This document shows, piece after piece, positions 50,685-61,470 of a stretch of DNA of 64,000 bases. Under the pieces are notes generated by a model. The model had not been told where the DNA came from, searched no databases, and was given only the letters and a program-made list of their open reading frames with translations. The stretch covers positions 1 through 64,000 of IMG/VR virus record IMGVR_UViG_3300027573_000779, one strand, 5' to 3'. The position numbers were made by a program, and so were the translations under genes. Each line of letters begins with the position of its first letter. Within the stretch, counting starts at the first letter, position 1.

Positions 50685-51723
50685 ACAAGAAAAAGATGAT
50701 TTTAGGTATATAGCTCAAGAGTTAATTGATTCGGGCGACCTGATTAAACTACTTAACAAAACCGTTTTGCTTGTTGGTGGAAGTGGTTTTTTGGGGACTG
50801 CTTTTAAGAAGCTTCTTCTGTATTGTAACGATGTTTTTGACTTAAATTGTAAAATTATCAGTGTCGATAACTATATTAAAGGAACCGTTGTAGCTAGTAA
50901 TGATATTGAGGCTCCAAACCTCATAAATATTACCCACAACATAATCCTTCCAATAAACAAAAAGATATCAAAATACAAGATAGACTATATTTTGAATTGT
51001 AGTGGAAATGCCGCCCCTAAAAACTATTTGACATACCCATGGGAAACTATTGATGTTTCTGTTATAGGAACACGTAATTTGTTAGACTTGGCTGAGATTT
51101 TAAAAATTCCTATTCTAAACTTTAGTAGCTCCGAAGTCCTAGGAACACCACAAGATAAAGATATTCCTACTTCAGAGGATTGTTTACCTTGTTTTAATTC
51201 GACAAACGATAGAGCGCCCTACGATACAAGCAAGTTGATGATTGAAACAATGTCGTTCTTAGCAAAGAAAGAGGGGGTAGATTGTAAAGTGGTGCGCCCG
51301 TTTAACGTGACTGGTTATTTCCATAAAGAGGATTATAGGGTTCTACCTAACTTTTTTGGGAAAGTTTTAAAAGGAGAACCTCTTCAAATTTACAAACCGG
51401 GGACTCAAACTAGAACTTTTTGTTTCTACTCTGACTTTTTAATTGGAGCTTTTAAGGTTCTTTTAAATGATTGTGACCTTATTTATCATATTGGGAATTC
51501 TGACAATGAAATCTCAATGATAGACCTAGCCAACAAAGTCGCGACTCTTTGTAAACATCCCGAATTGGTTGAGTTAGTTGATACTCCCGAAGTTTATAAA
51601 CATGAGCCTAAGCGCAGATGTCCCAGTATAGAGAAGGCGAGGCACGAACTGAGTTACAACCCCAAGGTTAATCTTGACAAAATGCTAAGTAAAATATATC
51701 ATTGGTGTAGAGAAACTTATTAA
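50668..51723 (+). CDS. NAD-dependent epimerase/dehydratase (UDP-glucuronate decarboxylase-like)
   Basis: GGSGFLG, SSSEV, YDTSK, RPFN, QTRTFC, KRRCPSI. Confidence 0.88.
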   Translation: MTNLFEQEKDDFRYIAQELIDSGDLIKLLNKTVLLVGGSGFLGTAFKKLLLYCNDVFDLNCKIISVDNYIKGTVVASNDIEAPNLINITHNIILPINKKISKYKIDYILNCSGNAAPKNYLTYPWETIDVSVIGTRNLLDLAEILKIPILNFSSSEVLGTPQDKDIPTSEDCLPCFNSTNDRAPYDTSKLMIETMSFLAKKEGVDCKVVRPFNVTGYFHKEDYRVLPNFFGKVLKGEPLQIYKPGTQTRTFCFYSDFLIGAFKVLLNDCDLIYHIGNSDNEISMIDLANKVATLCKHPELVELVDTPEVYKHEPKRRCPSIEKARHELSYNPKVNLDKMLSKIYHWCRETY

Positions 51724-52539
51724 ATGAACTTTGGACTCGTTGGCGTAGGGAAATTCGGCAAGAACTACATCAGGACATTACAACAAATTCCTGAAGCCAA
51801 GTTGATTGCTACAGCTTCAAAAACAGGAACCAACTGGGAGGCTCTTCCAGAAGAACTCAGGCAGGTTCCTCATCATTTAACTTATGGAGCGCTATTAGGT
51901 AATGAGGATATTGATACTATCATTATTGCCACTCACCCCGATTCTCATTTTGAAATTGCTCAACAGGCGCTAAGACTAGGTAAAAATGTAATCTGTGAAA
52001 AGCCCTGTATGTTTACTCCAGAGCAATATAGGGAGATAGTGGATATTTTAATACTTAAAAAAGGAAGCGTCCAATTTGTCACCAACTATATTAACTTGTG
52101 GCATAACTGGAACTATAAGGTTCGTACAAATTTTGGCGCAAAGTTTAGTCTTTGGAAGATTGTAAATGCTGGCAATGGCCCACATAGAGAATATTCTTCA
52201 CTTTGGGACTATGGAAGTCACGTGTTTTCAATAATTTTTCATTATTATCCCGAATTTGAACTAAATTACATAACCAAAACTACACTAAATAATTATTACT
52301 TTTCGGGCAAAGCACATTATAGCTACATCCAAGGAATGTTTGGTAGCGGCGCAGAAGAAAGAGAAAACTCTGTTTCAATCAAGGGAACAGACGAAGATTT
52401 TTATTGGAAAGACGACAGAACCGGAAATCCTCTTAAAAATATGATTGAGGGGGTTATGGAGGGTAAAATCTTATCTAATATTAAACTAAGTTTAAAAATC
52501 TCAAGAACTTTAACTGATTGCGAATTTCAAACAATATGA
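51724..52539 (+). CDS. Gfo/Idh/MocA oxidoreductase
   Basis: GVGKFG, HF...GKNVICEKP, WDYGSH. Confidence 0.88.
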   Translation: MNFGLVGVGKFGKNYIRTLQQIPEAKLIATASKTGTNWEALPEELRQVPHHLTYGALLGNEDIDTIIIATHPDSHFEIAQQALRLGKNVICEKPCMFTPEQYREIVDILILKKGSVQFVTNYINLWHNWNYKVRTNFGAKFSLWKIVNAGNGPHREYSSLWDYGSHVFSIIFHYYPEFELNYITKTTLNNYYFSGKAHYSYIQGMFGSGAEERENSVSIKGTDEDFYWKDDRTGNPLKNMIEGVMEGKILSNIKLSLKISRTLTDCEFQTI

Positions 52540-52889
52540 AACTTAAAGTAACTGTAGACGCGGCTTATGCATTTGATATGCTGGCAATTGCTCAAATTAA
52601 AGCAGAAAAAATTGATAGCATAGACGCTAATTGGCGGTTTCAAGACCTCGAAAACGAAATAAGACACCAAATTAGTGAAGAACTGTTTTATAAAATAATC
52701 TTATCTAAAGAATATACAGAAGTTTATAACGCTAATTTGATTGTTTGGGAAATGGTCCGCGATTCAAGAGATAATAAGGTTACTGCTCAAGAGGTAGATA
52801 ATGCTAACTATGACAGACACATTAAAAAAATGAGCTTGCAACACAAGTTTTTCAATAGTGAATTAACAGAGGAAAAAAAGCGTGACTAA
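52518..52889 (+). CDS. Hypothetical protein
   Basis: ORF track; cluster context. Confidence 0.6.
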   Translation: MRISNNMKLKVTVDAAYAFDMLAIAQIKAEKIDSIDANWRFQDLENEIRHQISEELFYKIILSKEYTEVYNANLIVWEMVRDSRDNKVTAQEVDNANYDRHIKKMSLQHKFFNSELTEEKKRD

Positions 52890-53673
52890 GGTAATTGGCT
52901 TAATAACAAGGGATTTGCCGGGAATTGGGGACAAACTTGTTGTAAGTTCCTTTCCTGAAAACATTTATAAAAACACAGGTAATAAAGTTATTGATGTAGA
53001 TAATTGCCGAGTTTTTGATTATAATCCCTATGTTTTAAGACAAGCCGAATACGAGGTTGGAATGCGCCATGAAGATATTTGTGCGCTTTTTAATTATAAA
53101 AATGTTACCAAACCCTTTATTTCGTTTCCTGAAAGAGCGGTGTTGGGTCTAGGTCTAGAGAAGGTTTATCTTCGTAATCCTAGACTTTATGCTTATGAAG
53201 ATGCAACTCAAGAGAAAAAAATTTGCCTTCATAGTTCGGGTAGTTCAAAAGATAGACATATTCCACAGGAAGCCATAGCTAACATTTTAGACCGTTATCC
53301 ATATCACGAAATAATACAAATTGGTTACAAGAAAGATATTCCTCTAAGTGAAAAATTTCCAAGGATTATTGATAGGACTTCAGAAAAGTCTGTTGATGCC
53401 GCTTTTTGGGAAACAGCTTATGAAATTGCTACTTGTGAAATTTATATAGGTATTGATTCGGGGTGGGTTCACATGGCAAACGCCTACAACAGAGTGAGAA
53501 AGAAGATTTTTTTAAATTATGGTGAAGACCTTCTGGAAAACTTTGTTCCTAACGTAATGAATCCTAATCCAAGTTTGCCAGTATTTTCAAATCCGTGGTT
53601 TGACTTTAATTGGGAATACTATAATACATTTAAAAGGGATATTGGTGTCACTAGAAGTTATATCCATATATGA
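52882..53673 (+). CDS. GT9-like glycosyltransferase
   Basis: GIGDKL, YIGIDSGWVHMA. Confidence 0.72.
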   Translation: MTKVIGLITRDLPGIGDKLVVSSFPENIYKNTGNKVIDVDNCRVFDYNPYVLRQAEYEVGMRHEDICALFNYKNVTKPFISFPERAVLGLGLEKVYLRNPRLYAYEDATQEKKICLHSSGSSKDRHIPQEAIANILDRYPYHEIIQIGYKKDIPLSEKFPRIIDRTSEKSVDAAFWETAYEIATCEIYIGIDSGWVHMANAYNRVRKKIFLNYGEDLLENFVPNVMNPNPSLPVFSNPWFDFNWEYYNTFKRDIGVTRSYIHI

Positions 53674-54500
53674 TTGACTTAGTATTTTTTCTTTCAACAA
53701 AGTCGCGTTACGGGCGAACTAATGATTATAAGGTGACTCTAACCAGTTTTTTTAATTTGGTTCAACCAAGCTTTTTTGCTCAAAGGTTCCTAAATCTTAA
53801 AGTTTTTAAAGATGATGACAAACAAGAAGAAGAAATTAAAAGATTTTTTGGCCAGTTTGATTTTAAGATAAACACTATCTATGACTTACGAAAAGGCACG
53901 GATATTGACCGGGACGCTCAAAGAAACGAACTAATCATAGGAACCATCCTTGATGATATTGCCAGTTTTTTTGTTCAATATGAACCTGTTTTAAACGACC
54001 ATGTATTTTTATTAGAGGACGATTCTCCAGTTGTCTTTAATCCAATTCAATCAGTTTGGCAGCAGTTAAGTCATATGATTGACCATTCTTACCGGAGTTT
54101 AGAAGAGAATGTAAATTTACAATCTATTCATTTTGCGCGGAAATCCCTTTTTGGAAAACCCTCTACCACAGAAGAATGGTTGGCTTATCATAAATTTGAA
54201 GTTGATTCCGATGGTTTAATTAAAAATAACTACTTTTATAACTTTCAGCCTAGGCTATGTAGGACCAGCGATTTGACTAAAGCTTGTTCTTTAATTAGGG
54301 GGCAATGGCATCTTTTCAAACATCATCATCCCGAAGAGGGCTTAAAGGTCGCACTTTTAAACTATAATCCCAATGCTACTTGGTGGGCTTTCAATCCAGA
54401 AGACGCTTATTCTGTCCATTTAGGGGAGGAACCGGCGATTCATAAACAGGTATTAGAAAGTGAACCTGAATTAGCAAAACTGTATGACAGTAACCCTTAA
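53670..54500 (+). CDS. GT-A-fold-like hypothetical protein
   Basis: FLLEDD, FQPRL; cluster context. Confidence 0.5.
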   Translation: MIDLVFFLSTKSRYGRTNDYKVTLTSFFNLVQPSFFAQRFLNLKVFKDDDKQEEEIKRFFGQFDFKINTIYDLRKGTDIDRDAQRNELIIGTILDDIASFFVQYEPVLNDHVFLLEDDSPVVFNPIQSVWQQLSHMIDHSYRSLEENVNLQSIHFARKSLFGKPSTTEEWLAYHKFEVDSDGLIKNNYFYNFQPRLCRTSDLTKACSLIRGQWHLFKHHHPEEGLKVALLNYNPNATWWAFNPEDAYSVHLGEEPAIHKQVLESEPELAKLYDSNP

Positions 54501-55209
54501 TAATAAAGAATACATTTTTAACAATAATTTTCAAGAGTATCGTAATCCTCAATGGGAAATAGATGCTCTAAGAGATGTTTTTAAACCTGTTTTTAGAGAC
54601 GGTTTAGTTTTGGATATTGGAGCCGGATGTGGAGATTCAGCACTTGCCCTATGGTCTTTAGCTCAAGATTCCAAGATTGTTTGTTTTGAACCCAATCTTG
54701 AATGTTTTGGTTATCTTAAATCTAATGTAATTGTTAATGGATTAGAGGAACATTTTGATTATCATAATGTAGCCGCTCATAACGATAATTGTTTTGAGGC
54801 GTTCTTTTTTAATGGGCCAAACGGAGGGATTGTAAGAGGTTATAGCGAGGAAGAAAGAGGGCAAATGTTACATAAATTGCCCGTTTGGTGTGTCAACACT
54901 ACAGAATTCTTAGTTAAAAAATATACTCTTCAAACACTATACGAAAAACTGTCTTTTATTAAGATTGATACAGAAGGACAGGATGCTTTCATTTTAAAGA
55001 ACTTAGAACCATTAATTAAGCTTGCTCAACCCACCGTTTTTATGGAGTGGTGGTTTCACGAAAGCCGCAATAAAGATACATTTGAAGCTATACGTGATAT
55101 TGATTATAATGCTTATAATGCAATAACTTATAATTTAGTTACAGAAGAAGATTTTAAAGATAACAAGTGTCAAGATTTGATATTATTACCTAAGAACAAA
55201 AGTTTATGA
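54484..55209 (+). CDS. FkbM-family methyltransferase
   Basis: LDIGAGCG, CFEPN, IKIDTEGQD. Confidence 0.9.
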   Translation: MTVTLNNKEYIFNNNFQEYRNPQWEIDALRDVFKPVFRDGLVLDIGAGCGDSALALWSLAQDSKIVCFEPNLECFGYLKSNVIVNGLEEHFDYHNVAAHNDNCFEAFFFNGPNGGIVRGYSEEERGQMLHKLPVWCVNTTEFLVKKYTLQTLYEKLSFIKIDTEGQDAFILKNLEPLIKLAQPTVFMEWWFHESRNKDTFEAIRDIDYNAYNAITYNLVTEEDFKDNKCQDLILLPKNKSL

Positions 55210-56189
55210 ATATAGCTTATTTAGATTTTAATGATGAATTAGTAGAAAGTTACGTAACTAATTCTAAGGCTGGAGCTTACGGGGGGGGGCGCGTTTTTGC
55301 GTCTATCGCTAAAGAAGCTTTAGATAATTTTTTTATTTTTGCCAATCCAGAATGTTTTAAACATTTAGCTCCCGACGAGAAGAAGAAAAATTGTATTGGC
55401 TTAAATTCCGAACAAAGAGCGCGAATTCGGGCTGGCGAGCCTGTTAAAGATATTATTCCTTTTGCTGAAGAATTTGACCTTTTTGTCCATCATCAAGTTT
55501 GTCATCATGTTAATATTGAAGGACTTAAGGCGAAAGAGTGTTGTTGGGCAGTAGGATACGGAGAGCCTATTCATCCTCAGAACGAACACTTATTACTTTA
55601 TAATAACTTTCAAAGTCCCCAAGTTACAAATCCTGAGACAAAAGTTTATAAAATTGTAATTGGTAAAGAAATTCCTGAGTTCCAAGAATACAATAAAGAG
55701 AATTTTATCTTTCAATGCACCCGACATTGTGAACAATTTAATTCTATTAATGTAGCAATTTTAGCGAAACATTTTGGTGTTCCTGTTTATTTCGCGGGTC
55801 CAATAGGTAGAGATTATCCTTTGCTTCATTATGTCGATAATCAAATGGTTCATTATTTGGGAATCATCTCAGAGGAAACTAAGATAGATTATTTAAAAAG
55901 AGCAAAAATGTCTACTTTTATTCATACTTGGCCCACACCATTTAGCCTTTCTGCAATCGAGGCTTTATCTTATGGTACTCCAATTTTAGCTACTAATGTA
56001 GGATTTTGGCCTAGTTTGGTTAACGGATTGAATGGGGACCACATCGTTAACTTTGCTGAGTTGCCGAGATTTTTTAATAAAGATTATAAACAGTGGGATT
56101 GTTTTGAAAGCGCGTTACCTTATAGTAGCAAAATAATGTTAAATAACTTTACAAATGTATTTGAGGAGATTTTGAATGAAAAAGATTAA
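55206..56189 (+). CDS. GT4-like glycosyltransferase
   Basis: GGGRV, PFSLSAIEALSYGTPILAT. Confidence 0.8.
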   Translation: MNIAYLDFNDELVESYVTNSKAGAYGGGRVFASIAKEALDNFFIFANPECFKHLAPDEKKKNCIGLNSEQRARIRAGEPVKDIIPFAEEFDLFVHHQVCHHVNIEGLKAKECCWAVGYGEPIHPQNEHLLLYNNFQSPQVTNPETKVYKIVIGKEIPEFQEYNKENFIFQCTRHCEQFNSINVAILAKHFGVPVYFAGPIGRDYPLLHYVDNQMVHYLGIISEETKIDYLKRAKMSTFIHTWPTPFSLSAIEALSYGTPILATNVGFWPSLVNGLNGDHIVNFAELPRFFNKDYKQWDCFESALPYSSKIMLNNFTNVFEEILNEKD

Positions 56190-57192
56190 AGTAGTTGGCG
56201 ACCCAAACAATACCCCTTCTTGTAGCAGCGAGATTATCATCTCAAACCTAAACAAAGGATTAAAAAATCTTGAATTATATGATGAAGACGGTGAATTGGT
56301 TGTTTACGACTGTCTGGCTAACGACCACGGACACAAGACTAATTTCATTATTTGCCCCTATGAAACAGCTATCCCTTTTGTGGTTTTATATAATGCAAAA
56401 AACAGGATTTTAATAGGGGTCTCAAATCAAAATCAAGCCTTTTTTAGTCAGGGGGGCTATCCCAAAGAAAAAACCGATGTGTGTCTTTTAGGAGTAGATA
56501 GTGACCTTTGGCGACCGTTTGATAGACCTCAAAACGACAAATTTACTTTTGGAATGATGTGTGACTCCAACACAAGAGCGGCTTACGACGATTTATTGGC
56601 AGCTTTTTCCGGTATTTTTACTGGAGTGAATGACGTTCGTCTTTTTATTAAAGACAGGTGGGCGACTGAGAAGTTTAAACAGCGGGTTAAAGATATCGCT
56701 AAACGGGACAATTTAGATATTGTTTTAGATGATACTCATATAACTGATAAAGAACAAGAAAGAGTTCTCTATAATAATTTAGATTGCCATATCTTTTTGA
56801 ATCGAAGCTCAACTTTCGCCATGACAGTCGCACAAGGAATGGCTATGCAAAAACCCACTATAGTAATGGATTACAGTGGACCAAGAGATTATTGTAACTC
56901 TTTAAATTCATGTTTAGTCAATTATCGTTTAATGCCGATTGAACAACAAACAATTGATTATCTTCAATTTCTAGGATATAGGAATTATCTTTTGACACCC
57001 AACATGACTTCTTTCCGAACAAATCCCCAATGGGCAATTCCAGACATTTATAATATCAAAGAATGCCTTAAAGAAATTTATCAGAATGCAAACTACAGGT
57101 GTGCAATTGCTTACTATGCTAGAGCAACAGCGGAAGCCATGACATGGACAAAATCAGCAGCTACCCTGTATTCAATTGTAAACAAACATTAA
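56176..57192 (+). CDS. GT4-like glycosyltransferase
   Basis: FAMTVAQGMAMQKPTIVMDYSG. Confidence 0.78.
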   Translation: MKKIKVVGDPNNTPSCSSEIIISNLNKGLKNLELYDEDGELVVYDCLANDHGHKTNFIICPYETAIPFVVLYNAKNRILIGVSNQNQAFFSQGGYPKEKTDVCLLGVDSDLWRPFDRPQNDKFTFGMMCDSNTRAAYDDLLAAFSGIFTGVNDVRLFIKDRWATEKFKQRVKDIAKRDNLDIVLDDTHITDKEQERVLYNNLDCHIFLNRSSTFAMTVAQGMAMQKPTIVMDYSGPRDYCNSLNSCLVNYRLMPIEQQTIDYLQFLGYRNYLLTPNMTSFRTNPQWAIPDIYNIKECLKEIYQNANYRCAIAYYARATAEAMTWTKSAATLYSIVNKH

Positions 57193-57193
57193 A

Positions 57194-57694
57194 ATGTCAC
57201 ACAATTTTAATAGATATACAACCTATAGATATTTTGTGGCCGGACTAGTAAAACAGATGGAACCGGATAATGTTTTAGAAATTGGTCTTGGACATAGCAG
57301 CACCGCAAATGAAATTTTAAAAGTTTTAACAGAATTAAACAAAGGTAAATATTATGCTATTGATACAACCCCTCATCTAGAATATTTAGAAAAATTTAGT
57401 GAAAAGTTTTTTGAGATTGCGACGGGACAATCTTCAATTATTATTTCTAAAAACGATTGGCCTAATTTTGACCTTGTTTTAGTTGATGCGACCCATACTG
57501 AAGAGGCAGTTTATGAAGATACCAAAAATTCAATCCCCAAGTTGAACAAAGAAGGATTATTTGTTTATCATGATGCAAACTCTACGCTAGTAATGAACGG
57601 AATTCAACGCGCCGCTAAAGATTATAACCTTGTAACCTTTTATTTCCCTCAATTTTACACCTCTGTTTCTCGCTATGAAAATTCACATGTTTGA
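57194..57694 (+). CDS. Class I SAM methyltransferase (Methyltransf_24-like)
   Basis: LEIGLGHSS, DLVLVDATH, VYHD. Confidence 0.82.
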   Translation: MSHNFNRYTTYRYFVAGLVKQMEPDNVLEIGLGHSSTANEILKVLTELNKGKYYAIDTTPHLEYLEKFSEKFFEIATGQSSIIISKNDWPNFDLVLVDATHTEEAVYEDTKNSIPKLNKEGLFVYHDANSTLVMNGIQRAAKDYNLVTFYFPQFYTSVSRYENSHV

Positions 57695-58709
57695 TGACGA
57701 TGAGCGCCAGTATACAGACCCAACGTATGCTGTCAACCATGGTCCATTTTCAGAAATATCTATACAGTTAAATAAAGCTTTAAAGAAACTAGACGCTTTT
57801 GCGCCGCCAAACTTAGCTGATTGGGTTGGATATAATACAAGTTTAAATTTAAAATTCCAATATCCAAACAAACAAAGTTTTATTATTACAGTGTGGGAGT
57901 GTAGCGCTATTCCTAATCTTTTAGTCTCAATGGCTAGAGATACAAGAATTTTTGGTCTTTCTCAACAAATAACCGAACTTTGGGATAAATACGGAATTAA
58001 TGCCCCTACTGTTTATCCCGGCTGTGATACAGATTTTTGGAAGCCGGTTTGTGAAAAAAACCCCACTTTTACTTTTCTTCATATCAATAGTTCAAACGTC
58101 CGTTCGGGGTTAGATTTAACAATTCAGGCTTTTCATAAGGTGTTTAAAAATTACCCTTATGTTCAATTAGTTATTAAAGACACCAACGATTCTCCACAGC
58201 TTTGCAATAAGATTCGAAAATACATAGATGAAGGCTCACAAATTTTTTACTATTCAAAAAGAATCAGTTATGAGGAAATTCGAAGGCTATACTCTTCTTC
58301 TCACGTTTGTCTAAATCTCTTAAGAAGCACTTCATTTGGCTTACCCCTTCTTGAATGTTCAGCTTGCGGTTGTCTTTGTGTTACAGGAGATACCAAACCC
58401 ACCAATGAAATTATAAAACCAGAATATGGAGTTTTAGTGCCGCCATCTGACGAAGTGGGGCTTGAAGGAATGGCGTCTTATTTAAGTCAGGAGTGGGGTC
58501 TTAGGAACTGCTATCCTGCGCTTCAATACAATGAAACTCCTAAGTTTTGGGACTTTAGTGTTGAAGAATACGCTAAAACATTGGAAAAAATATACTCCAA
58601 TTGGGATACTACTTACAGCAAAATAGACACCAGAACACCCATAGTTGAAAATTGGACTTGGGAAAAAAGCGCAAAAACTTTAATAAATCTTTTAGAAAAT
58701 GGAATATAG
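57675..58709 (+). CDS. GT4-like glycosyltransferase
   Basis: RSGLD, FGLPLLECSACG. Confidence 0.8.
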   Translation: MKIHMFDDDERQYTDPTYAVNHGPFSEISIQLNKALKKLDAFAPPNLADWVGYNTSLNLKFQYPNKQSFIITVWECSAIPNLLVSMARDTRIFGLSQQITELWDKYGINAPTVYPGCDTDFWKPVCEKNPTFTFLHINSSNVRSGLDLTIQAFHKVFKNYPYVQLVIKDTNDSPQLCNKIRKYIDEGSQIFYYSKRISYEEIRRLYSSSHVCLNLLRSTSFGLPLLECSACGCLCVTGDTKPTNEIIKPEYGVLVPPSDEVGLEGMASYLSQEWGLRNCYPALQYNETPKFWDFSVEEYAKTLEKIYSNWDTTYSKIDTRTPIVENWTWEKSAKTLINLLENGI

Positions 58710-59916
58710 TTGGCCTTTAAATACACCACAATTCAGCTTACTAGACAAACTTAAAATAGCGAAGTTCGTTTTAACTGATTCTCGTTGGACACAAGGAAAG
58801 AAAGTTCAGGAATTTGAACAAAAAATGGCAGAATATGTAGGTTCACGTTATGCTATTTTTACTTCAAGCGGCTCTACTGCTAACACTTTGTTAGCAATGT
58901 ATTTAAGAGACCATTGTTCGCCAGAAAGAAACATAGTTGTTTTTCCTTCAACTACTTGGATTACTTCAGTTTCGCCTTTTATCCGAGAGGGGTTTACTCC
59001 TCGTTTTATTGATATCAATCTTGTTAATTTTTCAATGAATTTGACAGAACTGGAAGAATATTTAAAAAAGAACTCTTCTAAAGTGGCCTGTATTTTTATT
59101 ACGTCATTAATTGGGTTTGTGCCTAATATCCAAACCATTAAGGCAATGGCCAAACATTATAATGTAACAGTAATGATGGATAATTGTGAAAATACTTTAG
59201 GGTCTTTTGAAAACAAAAATGTTTCTTCCTTTTTTACTTCAACAACCAGTACATATTTTGGGCACCAATTACAAAGTGTTGAGGGCGGGTTTGTATTTAC
59301 TAACTCTCTAGAACAACATGATTACTTTTTAATGGCAAGGAATCACGGAATGGTGCGGAGTCTTCCAGAATGGCGACAAAAATTTTATACTAATGGAGAA
59401 GTAGATTCGCGCTTTGATTTCAAAATTTTAGGCAACAATTTTAGAAACTCGGACCTTAATGCCTATATTGGTTTACTTGATTTTGCTCGATTGGAAGAAT
59501 ACTCGCAAAAACGAAAATATCTTTATGAAACTTTTGTAAGTAATTCAAGTGAAAAGCTTTTAATTATGCCTTTTGATTTGTTTTCGTGCAAACATGTTCC
59601 TTTTTGCCTACCTGTTATTTTAAGTCCTAAAGCTACCAAATATGTCGATTTACTTCCTGAATTGGTTGTGGAACTTAAAAAGGCATGTGAAGAAACTGAA
59701 ATCGAAACAAGGCCAATAATATCAGGAAACCTGCTCCGACAAACGTGTTTTAAACAATTTGGTTTTAAACCTAAAGATTTTCCTATAAGCGAATACGTTC
59801 ACAAAAACGGTTTTTATGTTGGTCTTTATGCAAATTTGGAGCCTGAGAGAGTTAGGAATTTTGCTATTAAAGTAAGAACGTATTTAGAGCAACAATTAGG
59901 TATAGCAGAGAGTTAA
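58699..59916 (+). CDS. PLP-dependent DegT-family enzyme, ColD-like (His replaces the catalytic Lys)
   Basis: SSGSTAN, DNCE, STYFGHQLQSVEGG, RNHG. Confidence 0.85.
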   Translation: MEYSWPLNTPQFSLLDKLKIAKFVLTDSRWTQGKKVQEFEQKMAEYVGSRYAIFTSSGSTANTLLAMYLRDHCSPERNIVVFPSTTWITSVSPFIREGFTPRFIDINLVNFSMNLTELEEYLKKNSSKVACIFITSLIGFVPNIQTIKAMAKHYNVTVMMDNCENTLGSFENKNVSSFFTSTTSTYFGHQLQSVEGGFVFTNSLEQHDYFLMARNHGMVRSLPEWRQKFYTNGEVDSRFDFKILGNNFRNSDLNAYIGLLDFARLEEYSQKRKYLYETFVSNSSEKLLIMPFDLFSCKHVPFCLPVILSPKATKYVDLLPELVVELKKACEETEIETRPIISGNLLRQTCFKQFGFKPKDFPISEYVHKNGFYVGLYANLEPERVRNFAIKVRTYLEQQLGIAES

Positions 59917-59918
59917 TT

Positions 59919-61022
59919 ATGAACAATAAAACAGTTGTAATCACCGGAGTAACAGGACAATTGGGGTCACTGTTTTCTGATTATTTACTTAAAAAAGGAT
60001 TTAAGGTTATTGGTACAATTAGGCGTTTAAGTGTTCCTAATCATGAGAACATTGAACATATTAAAAATAATGAAAATTTTAAGCTTGAATTAATGGATTT
60101 GGGGGACCCAATTTCAATTAATGGAATCGTTCAAAAATATCAACCAGATTATTTTATTAATTGTGCGGCTAATAGCTTTGTTGGCGATAGTTGGAAATGC
60201 CCTGTCCAACATTTTCAATATAATACTTTAGGAGTACTAAATCAATTAGAATCTATTAGATTATTTTCTCCAAAAACAAGATATATTAATTTAGGTTCGA
60301 GCGAAGAATTCGGAGATGTGCAGTATAGTCCTCAAAATGAAAAACATCCCTTGAGGGCACGAAGTCCTTATGGCGCTTCAAAAATTGCAGCTAGACAAAT
60401 AGTAAAGGTTTATAGAGAAAGTTATAATCTTTATGCGGTTCAGTCATGGTGCTTCAACTATGAGTCGTTTGCTCGTGGGAAACAGTTTATTTCGAGAAAA
60501 GTCACTTGTGGAATAGCAAATATTTGGAACAAGCTTCATCAAAACAAACCGTTTGAAGCTATTGAGCTTGGTAATATTTATGCAAAACGTGACTGGAGCC
60601 ATGCTTTTGATGTAGTAGAAGGTATTTGGAGAATGCTAAATCAGGAAGATTATAATGATGACATTGCATATGAGCTTAGTCTTGAAGTTGTTAATAAATG
60701 GAACTGTTTGGTTAAAAATATTAAAGAATATGTTTTTTCATCTAATGAAACACACACAGTCAAAGAACTTGTTGAGTTAGCTTTTAAAACTGCTAATATT
60801 GAAGGAGTTTGGGAAGGAGAGGGGATTAACGAAAAATATGTTTTAAAATCTAATCCTTCTGTCACTTTGGTTAGAATCAATCCAGAGTTCTATCGTCCTG
60901 CTGACGTGGAACTTTTGTTAGGTGATTCTTCGTTAGTTCGAAAAGAGTTAGGATGGGAGCCTCAAAGGACTTTTAAAACGTTAGTACAAGAAATGGTTGC
61001 TCATGATATCGCTTTATCATAA
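59919..61022 (+). CDS. gmd: GDP-mannose 4,6-dehydratase
   Basis: ITGVTGQLG, AANSFV, SSEEFG, PRARSPYGASK-type motif, FNYES, RDWSHA, YRPADV. Confidence 0.93.
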   Translation: MNNKTVVITGVTGQLGSLFSDYLLKKGFKVIGTIRRLSVPNHENIEHIKNNENFKLELMDLGDPISINGIVQKYQPDYFINCAANSFVGDSWKCPVQHFQYNTLGVLNQLESIRLFSPKTRYINLGSSEEFGDVQYSPQNEKHPLRARSPYGASKIAARQIVKVYRESYNLYAVQSWCFNYESFARGKQFISRKVTCGIANIWNKLHQNKPFEAIELGNIYAKRDWSHAFDVVEGIWRMLNQEDYNDDIAYELSLEVVNKWNCLVKNIKEYVFSSNETHTVKELVELAFKTANIEGVWEGEGINEKYVLKSNPSVTLVRINPEFYRPADVELLLGDSSLVRKELGWEPQRTFKTLVQEMVAHDIALS

Positions 61023-61068
61023 CAATACTTTGACAACAAACTCAAGAAATTGCTAGTCTATTTAATGA

Positions 61069-61467
61069 ATGATTAAAAAGAAAGGTTTTGTTCCCAAAGT
61101 TCCTCTATTAGAAGAGGATGGAACTCAAACGGCCATTTTTCATTCGAAACATACTTATTTAGTTAAAAAATTCCTTAAAAAAGACTCGGATGTTAACTGG
61201 GCAAACGAGATTCGAATAGCTAATATTCTTTTTAAATACAATTCTTCGATGGATTTTTGGGAGTTTTTTGAGTTAGATTTTAAACTTAATTCGCTCGCCT
61301 TTTTTTTAACCGAAAAAGGAAAGCTTTTAGTTAAAAAAGGAGAAAACAATTTTAAATTTTCAAACGTCCAGAAAACAGACACCAAGATAGAAAAGAAGAA
61401 AGTGGGAGAAGATAAGAACATAAACCCACAAAAACCAAAAACTTTATTTGATTTTATAAAACGTTAA
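61069..61467 (+). CDS. Hypothetical protein
   Basis: ORF track. Confidence 0.6.
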   Translation: MIKKKGFVPKVPLLEEDGTQTAIFHSKHTYLVKKFLKKDSDVNWANEIRIANILFKYNSSMDFWEFFELDFKLNSLAFFLTEKGKLLVKKGENNFKFSNVQKTDTKIEKKKVGEDKNINPQKPKTLFDFIKR

Positions 61468-61470
61468 ATT

